DNA of 64,000 bases, taken from positions 26,226,001 to 26,290,000 of the forward strand of contig OX597829.1 of the NCBI GenBank assembly GCA_951406725.2. The letters are read 5' to 3'. Source of the DNA: Octopus vulgaris (taxonomy: Eukaryota). Below are positions 1 through 12,530 of the stretch, in pieces (the first letter of the stretch is position 1; every line of letters starts with the position of its first letter). Below the pieces are notes generated by a model that was not told the origin of the DNA, ran no database searches, and saw only the letters and a program-made list of their open reading frames with translations. Position numbers and translations under genes: made by a program.

Positions 1-529
1 TGGCTTGAGGCTATAACAGAAAACACTTGCTCAGCAGTGGGACTGAACCTAAACGAGAAGGTTGCAAAGCAAATATCTTAACTATACAGCCATGTCTGTG
101 CCTGCTATATAATTCATTGATTCAGACATTAAATATGCCTAGTGTAAAGATTGTATATATGTGTGTGTGTGTATACACACACACACACACATATATTAGT
201 GTAAGTCTGAGTCATGAGATTGTACGTACGTGGGTATTCATATATATATATATACATAAACATATATATACACACACACATATATTAAACAAATACATGC
301 ACACACACATATATACACTATACACACAAACATATTTCAGTTTTAATCCGCCAAACCCACTCACATGGCTGTGGTTGGCTTGGGGCTATAGCAGAATACA
401 GTTGTCCAAGGTGACACACAGTGGGACTGAATACAAAACTATAGGGTTTTAATAGCAAACCTCTTAAAATCATATCCATGCAACACCTTTCCTGATAACA
501 AATGACAGTGACTTGAATGAATATGCAGA

Positions 530-1030
530 GCAGCATCTTGTGGGGTTCTATTGTGTGCATAAGGGTTTGGTTCCAAAAGAGGGGTGGAAATAAGGTTCTC
601 AGAGTTTCATGGTGCAAATGACTTAATGGTCTGCTACAGTAATTTCAGGAAACCAGACAGCCAGCCACCTGATCACCTATGAATCTGGTGGACACAAAAG
701 CCAGATTGACTACATTCAGAAAGTGATAGATAAATGGTTGAGAATGTAAAGTACTTCCTTTGTGAAGAACGTACAACCTAACATCAGTTAGTGTTTAGTG
801 ACTTAAGATCTAAAGCTAGAATAACTCAGAGACACAAACCACACTAGAAAAGGAAGATGTAGAAGCTTAAAGATCCAGCAAAAATTTAATGTTAAAAAAC
901 AGTTATAAGTTTAGAGATGTTCTAGTTGAGTGGCAAGAGTATGAAAGAAGGATAGGAGCAAGTGTCTTGCTATAGAGGAGATACATGGCCACCTCAGCTG
1001 GAAAAGAAGAGAAGCTAGTGGTGATGCAGT
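530..1030 (+). mobile_element. LINE endonuclease-region fragment (decayed)
   Basis: Encodes NFRKP..HLITYESGGHKSQIDYI and QHQLVFSDL-like residues typical of APE-type LINE endonuclease C-terminal motifs. Confidence 0.6.
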
Positions 1031-1225
1031 AAACAGAAAGCATGGGAGGTGGCATGGTCGATAGTAAATACAGTTTGGGGGAATGTGAAGGAAATAAGAG
1101 TGGGTCAGAGAGCAGGATGTGGTAAGCGGGGGGTATAAAAGAAAAGGAGATAAGTGAGAAGGAAAACTCTTGGTGACAAGGGTGAAGATCAGAGGTATTT
1201 AGAAGTGAATAAATACATATATGTA

Positions 1226-1753
1226 TGTTAAAGAGGACAACAATTATTAAGGCAAGACCAAACATCTCAAGTCATATATATTATTACTATTGGAAAAAAA
1301 TTACAAGTCTTATAGCTATTTCTGGGATATCCCAGAGTATGAGATATTCTGTCATTGGAAACAAATAGGGAAAATGAGAAGAGTATAGAGTAATGAAATG
1401 ACAATAAAGAGGACAGGAGTAAAGGAATAAGGAGATGAAGAAAGAGAAGAAAAAAGAAGCATAAAAGTTCATCCAACTTTCCGATGCAATCTGGATTCAA
1501 GCAGGACTTACTTCTACAAGATTGGAAAGTTGAACTGTGAACTTTTATGCTTACAATTTCTTCATCTCCTTATTCCTTTACTACTGTCTTTTATGTTGTC
1601 ATTTCATCAATCTATACCCTTCTCATTTTCCCTATTTGACTCTGATGATGGAATATCCCAGAAACAGCTGTAAGACTTGGAATTTTGTTCCAATAATAAT
1701 GTACATGACTTGAGATGCCTGCCTTACATTAACATCTGTTGTTCTCTTTAACA
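1226..1753. repeat. Long imperfect inverted repeat (foldback), arms ~250 bp
   Basis: For example catctcaagtcat/atgacttgagatg, agggaaaatgagaag/cttctcattttccct and gtaaaggaataaggagatgaag/cttcatctccttattcctttac. Centre is near 1505. Confidence 0.85.
1640..1674 (+). ncRNA. Minimal hammerhead ribozyme-like motif in a foldback arm
   Basis: ct CTGATGA tgg-aatatc-cca GAAA cagctg TA ag. The core is intact but stem I is only 2 bp. Confidence 0.5.
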
Positions 1754-1897
1754 ATTATATATCCACAATATTGGAAATCTGCAATGGCACCATAACTACT
1801 GCCTTGGCTATAACCTTGGAGTCCTAGTAATCTGTTACAGCACTTACCTAGTGTACCTATTCGTTTAGATCACCTGTGAACGAAACACCCATATTTC

Positions 1898-1968
<71 letters not shown>

Positions 1969-2239
1969 AACAAGGGTGAGGGTGTCGATGGCCAGTATGA
2001 GCTGGTGCTCAATAGTGGTATGTGATGAGAGAGAATATGAGGTGGAAGCCATGGGAGAGGTGCTTCCAAAGAGAATGAAAACTGGTAACACAAAAGTGTA
2101 GGGGATAAAATTTGTGCATTTCTGTTTTCAGCTGAGATACTTAGGAGGGTAATAGAGGAATAAGTTTTAGAGACAGCTTGAATGCAGGGGCATAAATAAA
2201 AATTACATGTTTTTAGGACCCCTTTTTGCTCAAACACAG

Positions 2240-2615
2240 CAAATCATCAATCATCTCAGTCCTTTGCCATCTCTTCCATGAGGATCAACATCCTGAAGTC
2301 AGTCTTCATTATCACTTGCTTCTCCCTCTTCCAGAGGTCCAGTTCCATTTAGTAATCAGAAATTCTTTATGCAGCTGTCCTTTACCCATACTCATCACTA
2401 TTTCACAAGCACTGTCTTCTCTCTTGCTCATTACACCCGATTCCTCTTCTGCCAAATTTTTCTTTCGATACATTTGCACTTTGTCATACATGCACACTAA
2501 CATTGCACATCCAGCAGAGTACACTAGTTTCATTCCTTTCTAGCCTTCACATGTCCTCTGCATTCATAATCTACATTTCATTACCAGGTAAAAATTGCTG
2601 CCCATACACACGAAT
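2240..2615 (-). mobile_element. RTE LINE 3' fragment
   Basis: Homologous to the GSETW / RNEASML / GRGRxKTW region of the other RTE copies. Confidence 0.65.
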
Positions 2616-2829
2616 CATGTGTGTGTATGTATAAAACATACATATGTATGTTTGACATTCAATCTGTGCACTTTTAATAAAACAAGCATGGCCATAGCTC
2701 GCAGGCTGGAACACTTAAAAGAGCATGTGATATGATCGGCACAGAAAAACACTAAACAACGCAGAAAACTAATAGAAAAATGTGAGAATTTTAAAACAGG
2801 AAATTATAATGAAAATAAAAAATACTTAC

Positions 2830-2924
2830 CATCATCATGGGTGAAAATTCGGTCATGTGACAACTTGATCTAAACGTGGCATTGAAATACTGATCCCCAT
2901 TGTTAGCCATACTATCACTGATTC
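2830..2924 (-). CDS. Probable second coding exon of the unidentified gene (GISDSMANNGDQYFNATFRSSCHMTEFSPMMM)
   Basis: Polypyrimidine acceptor tctctccttcctag| and donor ATG|gtaagt. The 95-nt exon is open in the phase-1 frame delivered by exon 9054-9447. The gene continues left, probably beyond the window. Confidence 0.6.
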
Positions 2925-3219
2925 CTAGGAAGGAGAGACAGACAGAAAATGTAATTATAAATCAATTGTTATGAAATAGATAAAACTTTTATGTTAAAAC
3001 AGATTATGAACCACACATGCCCAGAGATGGCTGCGTTTAGGCACAAGCATAGCTGCATATAGATGTAGACAAGGCTGTGATAGGTACAAGTATGGCCGTG
3101 TGGTTAAGCAACTTGTTTCTCAACTGTGTGGTTTCTGGTTTAGTCCCGCTGTGTAGCACATGGACCCAAACCAAAGTCATGTGAATGGATCTGGAGGACA
3201 AACACTGAAAGAAGCCTAT

Positions 3220-3276
<57 letters not shown>

Positions 3277-3280
3277 ATAC

Positions 3281-3655
3281 ACGCAGGCATGGATATGTGG
3301 TAAGAAACTTGTTTCTCAACTACATGGTTCTGGGTTCAGTTCCATTGCATGGAACCTTGGGCAGGTGTTTTCTACTATAGCCTCAGGCCGATCAAAGCCA
3401 TGTGGGTGGATCTGGTAGAAAGAAGCCTGTCGTATATATATATATATATATGCGTGTGTGTGTCTTTGTGTCTATGCTTGTCCTTCCACCATCACTTGAC
3501 AACTGATGTTTGTGTATTTACATCGCCATAACTTAGCGGTCTGGCAAAAGACACCAATAGAATAAGTACTGGAGTCAATTTCTTTGACCAAGAAACCCCT
3601 TAAGGCAGTGCTCCAGCATGGCCACAGTCAAATGACTGAAACAAGTAAAAGAATA

Positions 3656-3660
<5 letters not shown>
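3281..3660 (+). mobile_element. tRNA-derived SINE, representative copy (related copies at about 1-100, 337-480, 3085-3222, 5685-5797, 6050-6190, 11450-11780, 17740-17860, 20657-20780, 25520-25670, 29550-29910, 30168-30330, 32030-32215, 33540-33880)
   Basis: A-box-like tgtggtaag and B-box-like ggttcagttcc, followed by ccttgggca.gtgt.ttctactatagcct and the tail ccagcatggccacagtcaaatgactgaaacaagtaaaaga, recurring in both orientations. Confidence 0.8.
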
Positions 3661-3688
<28 letters not shown>

Positions 3689-3691
<3 letters not shown>

Positions 3692-4790
3692 TGTCATCCC
3701 ATAAGTTCTGTCCAATTTTACCATTTTTAAAATTGAATGAAATTTAATAGTATTTTAGAATGTCTAATGGAATTAAAAATTATTTTTATGCATTTGTCTA
3801 CAGTTAAACTAATTAAATATTATTTTACAGAATAATAGAATTAAAATGCCTTTGATTAAAATCCTTTCTAACATGGAAGTATCCAAAGAGCATTTGAGGC
3901 ACATAATGCTTTATGAGTACAAAAAAGGAAACTCTGCAGCCAAAGCGACTTGAAACATATACTCAGTTTATGGGAAAGAATGCTTGAATAAAAACCATAC
4001 AACTGTTCATTGTCATCTCCAACAACTTGGAAAGGTTCCTAAACTTGGAATATGGGTGCCTCATGAATTGTCCGAAAGTAACCACAAATCCTAGGTTCTC
4101 ATCTGCTCTTCTCCATTCTCGCCAACTCATTTCACCCTTTTTGGATAGATTTGTGACTGGTGACGAAAAATGGATCTTCTATCAAAATGTTAAATATCGT
4201 AAACAGTGGCTTGGTAAAAGGGAAAAGGCTCAACCACAACCGGGAAGGGAACTTCATGGGGAAAAGGTTCTTCTCTCTATCTGGTGGGATTGCAAGGGAG
4301 TAATTCACTTTGAATTATTACCACCTAATGCAACAACCAATGCTCAAGTCTACTGTCAGCAATTAGAGCATTTGAACCAAGCTTTGAAGTGAATCGAAAA
4401 GGAGTGATGTTTCATCAGGTCAATGCACGACCCCACACTACAAAGATTACATCACAGAAGATCAAAGAGCTTGACTGGGGAAAAATTCCTCATCCATCTT
4501 ATTCTGCCAACCTTGCTCCTTCAGACTACCATTTGTTTCGTATTTTACAGAATCATTTGGGGGACATAACTTTTGCAAGCCAGGAGGAGGTCGAAACTGA
4601 CATTTTAGAGTTCTTAGCATTGAAACCAAAAGAGTTTTACATTAATGGGATTAAAAAGCTTGTAAATAGATGGGAGGAAGTCATAGATAATCAGGGAAAG
4701 TACATTGATGATTAAACTTCAATTAAATATAACATTTGATCACTTGTTTTCTTTATTCAAAATTTGGACAGAATTTATGGGATGACCTGA
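3689..4790 (+). mobile_element. Decayed mariner (DD34D) DNA transposon with internal deletion
   Basis: ~30-bp TIRs (tcatgtcatcccataagttctgtccaa / ttggacagaatttatgggatgacctga) flanked by TA. Transposase remnants: MEVSKEHLRH start at 3873, TGDEKW, HQVNARPH, YSANLAPSDYHLF. Stops and frameshifts present. Confidence 0.92.
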
Positions 4791-7700
4791 TATATATATA
4801 TATATATTTGTGTGTGTCATTGCGAATCTTTGTTTTGACATCTTCTAAGCAAGTGTCATCTTCATAACAACATTGATCATTTCCAATTTCATGGAAACAT
4901 GTAAAAACAGAAGGAAATAATTATTATACTTGGTCAACCTCAAAGAATTCTATCTTACACATGCAAGCATGGAAAATCATCAGTCATCATCATTATTTAA
5001 TGTCCGGCAAATAATGGAGATGCCCCTCCTAATGCCAACAACTTTATAACATGTATCCCTAATCTCCCATTCACTCTTGGTACCTTATCATTTATATCTC
5101 TTTCCAGGTCTTCCCAATCACCCCTACTCTCTGTTCTAAAATGTAGACATATAGCCCCTTTACAGCATGAAACCTTTCTGCACTGGCTCTTTTCGCTCAC
5201 ATTTTACCCCTCTCTACTTATTCTCATAGTACAGAGTTATCCATCTTCAGGCTTTGTGGTCTTACAAGCTGCATAGCAACCTCAGAAAAGCTGGTGACAC
5301 AAAAGAAAAATAGCACCCAGTACATGCTGTAAAGTGGTTGATGTTAGGAATAGCAACCAACTGTTGAAATCCAGCCTAAGCTCACACACTGGAGCAAAAT
5401 GTAGTCCCTGGGCTCAACAGATGATGTAAAATTGTCCAACCCATGCTAGCATGGAACGTGGATGTTAAATGATGATGATGATAATGATACTTTCTTTCTG
5501 CCACCAGTACTAGTAAGGTTGCCAAGCAAGATTACAAATCTCAAAAGAGGTGGCTTTATGTTAGGAGATGAAGAGAGTTACTCCAGAATCAAGAATTCTC
5601 CAAAATCAAAACAAGACAAGAGAACAGCTGTGACTAAATTTATAAAACAATGGTTAGCTAAAATTAATAAGAATGATTTCACATGATTTCAGGTCCAGTC
5701 CCACTGCATGGCCCCTTAGGCAAATGTCTTCTACTATAGTCTCAGGCTAATGAAAGTCCTGTGAGTTAATTTGGTAGACAAAAACTGAAAGAAGCATGTA
5801 TATATATTTTTATCGATTCATCATTTTAACATTCATTTTTCAATGCTTACATGGGTAGAATGGAGTTTCATGAAGCAAATTTTCTACTACTAGATGTCCT
5901 TCCTGTCACCAATCTTCACCTGCTTCCAAGCAAGGTGATGTTTTCATATTGCCAGACGTGTTTTTCACAAAGGATTGTAAATGAAACACATTAATTTACA
6001 ACCACCATGTAATGTCAAAGCAAAGACACACACACACACACACACAACAGATCAAATTTACTCACAAGGCTTTGATTTGCCCAGGACTATAGTAGGAAAC
6101 ACTTGCCCAAAGTGCCACATGGAACTGAACCAGAAACGGCATGGTTGGGAAGCAAGCCTCTTAACCAACCAACAATGCTTTCACCTACATATGTATATGT
6201 GTGTGTTTGTTTTTCCCTTTGTCCTTACACATATTTGCTAGTTGTAAACTAGCAAATGCCTCAATGATGGCATCATTGTCATGTCATTTGTTTGCAGTCT
6301 ACCACAAAAGCATGTCCAGGCTGTTGTTTGATAGACTGTGAGTTTTATTAACTCACTTAGAAACAGGTGGGGTTGCCAACAGTAAGGGCATCTGGCTATA
6401 GAAAATTCTTCCCCAAATTACTCTTGCATGGTATACGCAAGTATAGAAAAGTGGAAGTTAAAATGATGATGATGATTAAAAGTAAAATATTTTCAGTGTG
6501 CGAGTAGCACTTACACTCCTTGTTCCTTTGTCCCCATTCATCTATCTACTTTCGAGGTCCACCCTGACACTTCATGAACACTATTTTTATCTCTTTCCAG
6601 CTCTTTCCCAGTCACTTCCACCCTCTCTTCTATAATGCAACTTTTTGGTGTTTCTACAGCAAGAAACCTAGCACTTTTTTCTCATACTTAAGTCTCTCAT
6701 CAAGCATAAAGACATCTCTCTCTCTCTCTATTATAGCACCACTTAACAGAGGATTCTTGTCTTGTGAGTTACTTAGTAATCTCACTAGTGTTGGTGCCAC
6801 TTAAAAAGCACTCAGTGCACATCATAAAATGGTTGGCATTAGGAGGGATATTCAAATGCAGAAACCATATGAAAGCAGACACTGGAGCATAATGGTGTCC
6901 TTGAATCCATCAGATACTGTTGAACCATCCAATCATGCTACCACAAAAGATGAATGTTAAAGGATGGTTATCACACTTTAGAAGAGAGGATAACAGCTGG
7001 AAGAATACATATATATATATATATATTCTTCAAGCGATCATCCTTTCTTCTAAAATGTGAGTAACCATGTAGCTTCCCTACAGCAAGAAACCTGTTCTGC
7101 TCTGACCCCTTTCATACTTAAACCCCTCATAACCAAGCATAAAGCCACTTCCTCAATACTGCACCCTACTCTGTCTCAGAGCCTTGTCTTGGTAGTTACT
7201 TAGTGAGCCCACTAGTACTGGTCCCATGAAAAAGACACCCACTACTTTCTGTAAAGTGACAGGCACTAGGAAGAACATCCAAATTTAGAAACCATTCCAA
7301 GAAAGATGCTGGAGCTTGATACAGTCCCCTGATCCGTTAGACCTTGTCAAATAATCCAACCTACACCAGTATGGAAGATGTTATGTTAAAAGACGATGAC
7401 AACACACATCAACTCAAATTGGTAACTCTCATTTATTGTATTTTCCTTACTCTTGTAAATAAGATTATCATTTTTATCATCTTCATCAGTTAATGTCCAT
7501 ATTCCATCCTAACATGGGCAGGACAGTCTGACAGGATCCAATGGTTCCAGTGTCTGCTTTGGCATAGCTTAATAGCTGGATGCCCTTCCTAATACCAACC
7601 ACTTTACACAGAGTACTGGGTGAAGTTCTTGCAACCTGCAAGACCACAAACCTCAAAAGAGGCAATTTTATGCTACAATGTAAGGGTTAACTAAAATATT

Positions 7701-7792
7701 TGACAAAAATTTATTTTTAAAATTAAGTATTTCACTTATATTTAATAATAATAATTAAAAAAATCAAACACTTCAGATGTTTTAAGTTCGTG

Positions 7793-7889
7793 TTCTACAG
7801 CTGTTTCAACAGTTAAAAATTAAACATAACTTAATATATAAAAATACACAATGAATTTAAATATGATGCATAATCTGTTTCATGAGGAA
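7793..7889 (-). ncRNA. Degenerate hammerhead-like motif (one core substitution)
   Basis: Minus strand reads ttc CTCATGA aacag-(~62 nt)-ctgtt GAAA cagctg TA gaa. Stems I and II pair perfectly, but CUGAUGA is changed to CUCAUGA. Confidence 0.45.
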
Positions 7890-8029
7890 ATATGGAAATC
7901 AAAACACCTGTTGCTGTTTTCAATATGACATAAGTGAAACTTTTTGGCCCCACAATATCAATAGAAACATCAGAATTTGAAACAAGCAAATTTTCAACAC
8001 AGGATAAGTCTAGCACAAAATTTTAATTT

Positions 8030-8716
8030 TATTTGTTAATGCAAACTGTACTCTGTTACTTTCATTTATAAAGCATTTATTAAGCAAAATTATATATTTT
8101 TCGTTTCTCTCAATACCGAACGATTTACCGGGAGATTCGAACCCCAGCATCGTTATCAAAAACGGAACAATAAAGCCACTCTTCTTTGTTGATGTTGTTT
8201 ATGCGATTATACTTTATTAATTACATTTATAAAACATTAATCAACTGAAAAGCAAAAAACTAATATCTTTTCCTTCAAGTCCCCAATACTAACCAATTTC
8301 ACCAGGATTCGAACCTACGAATCGTTATCGTAAACAAAACCACTCCTTTTTGTTGTTTATGCAACTTATACTCTTAATTACATTTTAAAACATTATTTAA
8401 CTAAAAATTATTTTAATTATTCTTTGCCCCCAATATAGATGTATTTCACCAAAATTAAAGCCTGTGAATCGTTATCGTAAACAAAACCACTCCTTTTTGT
8501 TGTGTGAGCAATTATAATCTGTTATTTACATTTATAAAACATTAATTAACTATAAAGAAAAAATTTAATATTATCATCTGCCCCCAATAGAGACCAATTT
8601 CACCAAAATTCGAACCTAAAATTCGTTACCGTAAATAAAACCCCCAACGAAACCACTCCTTTCTGTTGTTTATGCAATTATACTCTGTTAATAGTATTTA
8701 ACCAACTAAAAGAAAT
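8030..8716 (-). repeat. Tandem array of ~4.5 copies of a 147-173-bp tRNA-like unit
   Basis: Units start caata at 8111, 8284, 8431 and 8585. Each has ttcgaacc-like, atcgtta.cg and ccactc motifs, and the minus strand reads GAGTGG...GGTTCGAATC. Confidence 0.75.
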
Positions 8717-9053
8717 TGATGAGATTTTAATCGACTACATTTACATCGACCCCAGGATACGAAAAATCATCAAAGATATTCTATAGGACGTCCAGAAACC
8801 GCCTTAACTATCTATCTGTAAATTAAACGTTAATTAATTTTAAAAGATAATAAGTATTATTAGAGAATTAAACGTTAAAATAAAACACTTTCTAAAATTT
8901 TTATTTAATTAGTATTTTCTCCAAAGGCATAGTAAATATAATAGTATCAACTAGGAGACACAATCACAGTATGTGAGCATAAATAACATTGTTAATTAAT
9001 TTTTAAAACTAATCACAAATACAATATTAATTTTAAAATGCATATTTATTTAC

Positions 9054-9447
9054 CTTGTATGGCCGAATCTTCCACAATGTCAACATTAGGATTCGATCCA
9101 GGATCAGCGTCACTCATAGGGCCGTCGCAAAACCCTCTCTCTTGCTGTTGTTGATGTTCTTGGCTCTGTACTTCTTCACCGTGTTCTTCTTCGGGGCTCA
9201 TAACTGCTCTTTCTAGCATATTAACCCCGACGTTTACACATGCGCCATTATTAATCCCGCAGTTTTCCACATTTAACGCATTATTTCGGCTCCTTGAGAC
9301 CTGTGACAAATTAGGTACGATGAAAATACAAGGGCTGGCCCCTACAGAGGGCCCCTGAGCCGGTCCAGTGGCTGTATTAATCGCATTTAAGGGATTAACC
9401 GAACCCAAAGGGTCCCCAATACCTTTACACTGTTCTAGGTCGGCCAT
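9054..9447 (-). CDS. First coding exon of an unidentified gene (MADLEQCKG...VEDSAIQ)
   Basis: GC/CpG-richer island within ORF 9046..9594. ATG at 9447 in good context (GCTATGG) and donor CAA G|gtaaat at 9054. An upstream in-frame ATG at 9594 is an alternative start. Confidence 0.65.
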
Positions 9448-9589
9448 AGCTCTGGTGTTGTGGTGGGGGTGCGTCGGTAAGGGTTCTAAGTGAAGTGCTT
9501 GTAGTCCTGTGTCGTTGGCTGGTAAGGGTATTAGTAAGAGGATGAAAACAGGATGTGGTGGGAGTAGTGGTCGTAGTAGTGATATTTTA

Positions 9590-10685
9590 GTCATTTACTA
9601 AGGTGGTGGCAGTCCTAGTAGCGGGAAGAGTAAACAACTGTAAGTACAAATGATTCAATAAGGTAGTAGCATGTAGTAGCGGTAAGAGGTTAAAAAAAAT
9701 GTATGTAGTCATAGCAGTAGTGAGAATTTATATGATCTACTGACGTGGTAGCATATTGTGATGAAGGGAGGAGTAGGAAAATGTATGTCGTTGTAGCAGT
9801 GGTGACGGTTTACATGATCCACTGACGTGGTAGCATGGGTGGCGGAAAGAGTAGGAAAATGTAAGCAGTCACAGCAGTAGTAACGATTTAAATGATTCAC
9901 AGACGTGGTAGCAAGTTATAGTGGCAGGAAGAGTAAGAAAATGTATGTAGTCATAGCAGTGGTGACGGTTTACATGATTCACTGAGGTAGTAGCATGATG
10001 AGATGGCGGGAAGAGTAGAAAAATGTACGGTTCCTTAGTGAAGTGGTAGCACTTTAGTGGTGGCGGAAAGAGTGAAAACATGTACGTTTATGGTGGCATG
10101 TTGTGGTAGGGGAAGTTTAAATGATTCAGTAAGGTGGTAGCTTGAGGTAGTGGGAACAGTAAAAGAATGAATGTGGTAATGGTGAGAGGATGAAAGATCG
10201 AATAGTAGGAGAAATGGTCGTAGTAATGTTTGTCTTTTACTAAGGCGGTGTCGGCCTACATTTTTCTTCTCTCACCGCTACCACCTCATTAAGCGCGAGG
10301 TTACATTTCTCTCCTCTCACCATCACCACGCAGTGTCACTACCTTAGTATATCAGAAAAATATCACTACAACGGCTATGGTATATATTTTTATCTCCTCT
10401 CACTATTTCCATACACCCTTTGCGACCTCATTATATCACGAAAAAGATACTACAACCACCATGGGCTACATTTCTCACCTCTCACCGCCACTATGCATTG
10501 CTACTACGTTATTATATCACTAAAGCGTAACTACTATCACCACGGGCTACATATATCTCCTCTCACCGCTACCACGTAATGCTACCTCCCATATCACCAA
10601 AACATTATTACTACCATAACCACGGCGTACATTTACCTCCTCTCACCGCCACAACACTGTGCTACCACATCATTATATTATCATT
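9590..10685. repeat. Two head-to-head arrays of a degenerate ~80-bp minisatellite
   Basis: The left array has aaaatgta at about 9696, 9778, 9856, 9938 and 10019. The right array (10256-10685) repeats tacattt..ctcctctcaccgc.accac..tgctaccac, which is the reverse complement of the left unit. Confidence 0.75.
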
Positions 10686-12044
10686 GATATGTTTTCAACA
10701 GAGGAGATTATATTTGAAAAATTTTTACACTATTTTAATTTATCTAGATTCTTTTCACCCTTATTCCCCCTCACCCCTACTTTCATTTCTGGCGATTTTT
10801 TTTTGCGTTTAATATTTTTCAACATTTTTTTGTTTTTGCCCCTAGATTCAAGTATTTCAATTCGAGTTTCAAAAACCTCGTTTCACCCCCCCCCCAAATA
10901 CAAACATATTGTATAATCTAATATTTTATACGGTTTTTAAAAAATTATTATTGTGATTTGGGATTTTCTTCTTTGAGACTCAGCTGTTTTAAACAGATTG
11001 CAAATCCTCATGACTGATATATTTAATATTACATATTGTACCCCCTCCCCTTCCAGTCTTCTTTCTGTAATTATTCTCTTTTTTTCCTTTTCTGTTTTTT
11101 GACTATGTCCCAAATTAAATTTTACAAATTGATGTGACTGAAACATTGCAGATCACAATTTTGCCAAAACTAAAAAAAAAAAAATCTTCCAAAATTTTGT
11201 CTTTAAATATTATTTACACATCCAGCCCTTCTGAAGATTGCTTTCTATGCAGTTCATTCCTTTTTTGATTATTTTTCATTGAAATTATGTGTTTTATACA
11301 GTTGAGATTATGATGCTACAAGAAAAAGAAAATTTTTAATTTAAAAAATATCGAATCATAATCTGAGACATATAATATTAGACATATACAAACTGTTAAA
11401 AAGTATGATGTTTTTATCTGCGAGAAAATCTTTCAAGAGATATTGCATTCATGTAATTTCAGGTTCAATCCCTCTACACAGCACCTTGGGCAAGTGTCTT
11501 CTACTATAGCCCTGAGCCTACCAATACCTTGTAAGTGAATTTTGTAGAGGGAAACTGTTTACAAGCCCTTGTGTATGTGTGTGTGTCTGCTTGTCTCATA
11601 CCACTTGATAACTGGTGTTGGTTTGTTTATGCCTCTGTAATGTAGCAGTTTGACAAAAGAGGCCAACAGAATAAGTATCACACTGAAAAATAAGCACTAT
11701 GGTTGATTTGTTTGACTAAACACTTCAGAATGGTGCCCCAGTATGACCACAGTCGAATAACTGAAACAAGTAGAAGAAAAGGTAAAAGGTGTGTTAAAAA
11801 GCAAATATATACATCATATATATTTTTTGCATCATCTTGGCAAAGACTTAGGAGAACTAGAGACTCATTTCACTATACAAGGGGCTGGTCAAAGTTGTGC
11901 ACTCAGTTATCACCTGCTTAAATGAAATTCATGAACAAAACAAACATTCACTAGTATTCACTATATTGCAGAAAGCTTGCCAAGCAGTAGAAAAACTCAA
12001 TATATGCAATTGCAACAAGATTAAATTAAAATAGCCATCTATGC

Positions 12045-12530
12045 ATCATCATCATCGTTTAATGTCTGTCATCCATGCTGGCATAGGATGGATGGTTCGA
12101 CCAGAGATGGCCCACTGGAGAGCTGCACCAGGCTCGGGTTGGACGGTTTGACTGAGGACTGGCGAACCAGATGGCTGCACCAGGCTCCAATCTGATCTGG
12201 CAGAGTTTCTACAGATGCCCTTCCTAACGCCAACCACTCTTAGAGTGTAGTGGGTGCTTTTATGTGCCACCGGCACGAGGGCCAGTCAGGAGGTACTGGC
12301 AACAGCCACGCTCAAGTGGTGTTTTTTACATGCCACCTACACAGGAGCCAGTCCAGTGGCACTAGCAACAACCTCGCTCAAATGTTTTTCACATGCCAGT
12401 AAGGCAACGTTGGTAATGATCGCGTTTGAATGGTGCTTTTTATGAGCCACCAGCACAGAAGCCAGTCAGCTGCACTGGCAGCGATCACATTGGGATAGTG
12501 CTCTTAGTGCCCATTTTAGCACACAAGCCA
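12045..12530 (-). mobile_element. RTE 3'-tail-derived repeat with (gat)n end (related copies at about 5290-5480, 6780-6965, 7190-7400, 7480-7620, 22040-22130, 24810-25000, 32600-32770, 35125-35290)
   Basis: aaaagcacccactacactc...ggttggcgttaggaagggcatc...ccatgc.agcatgga..gacgttaaa.gatgatgatg is the same as the tail of the RTE copies. Confidence 0.75.

Noticed and set aside
8030-10685. Regularly spaced repeats that might suggest a CRISPR array
   Set aside because: The units are degenerate along their whole length, with no constant repeat plus unique spacer pattern, no cas genes and a eukaryotic context.
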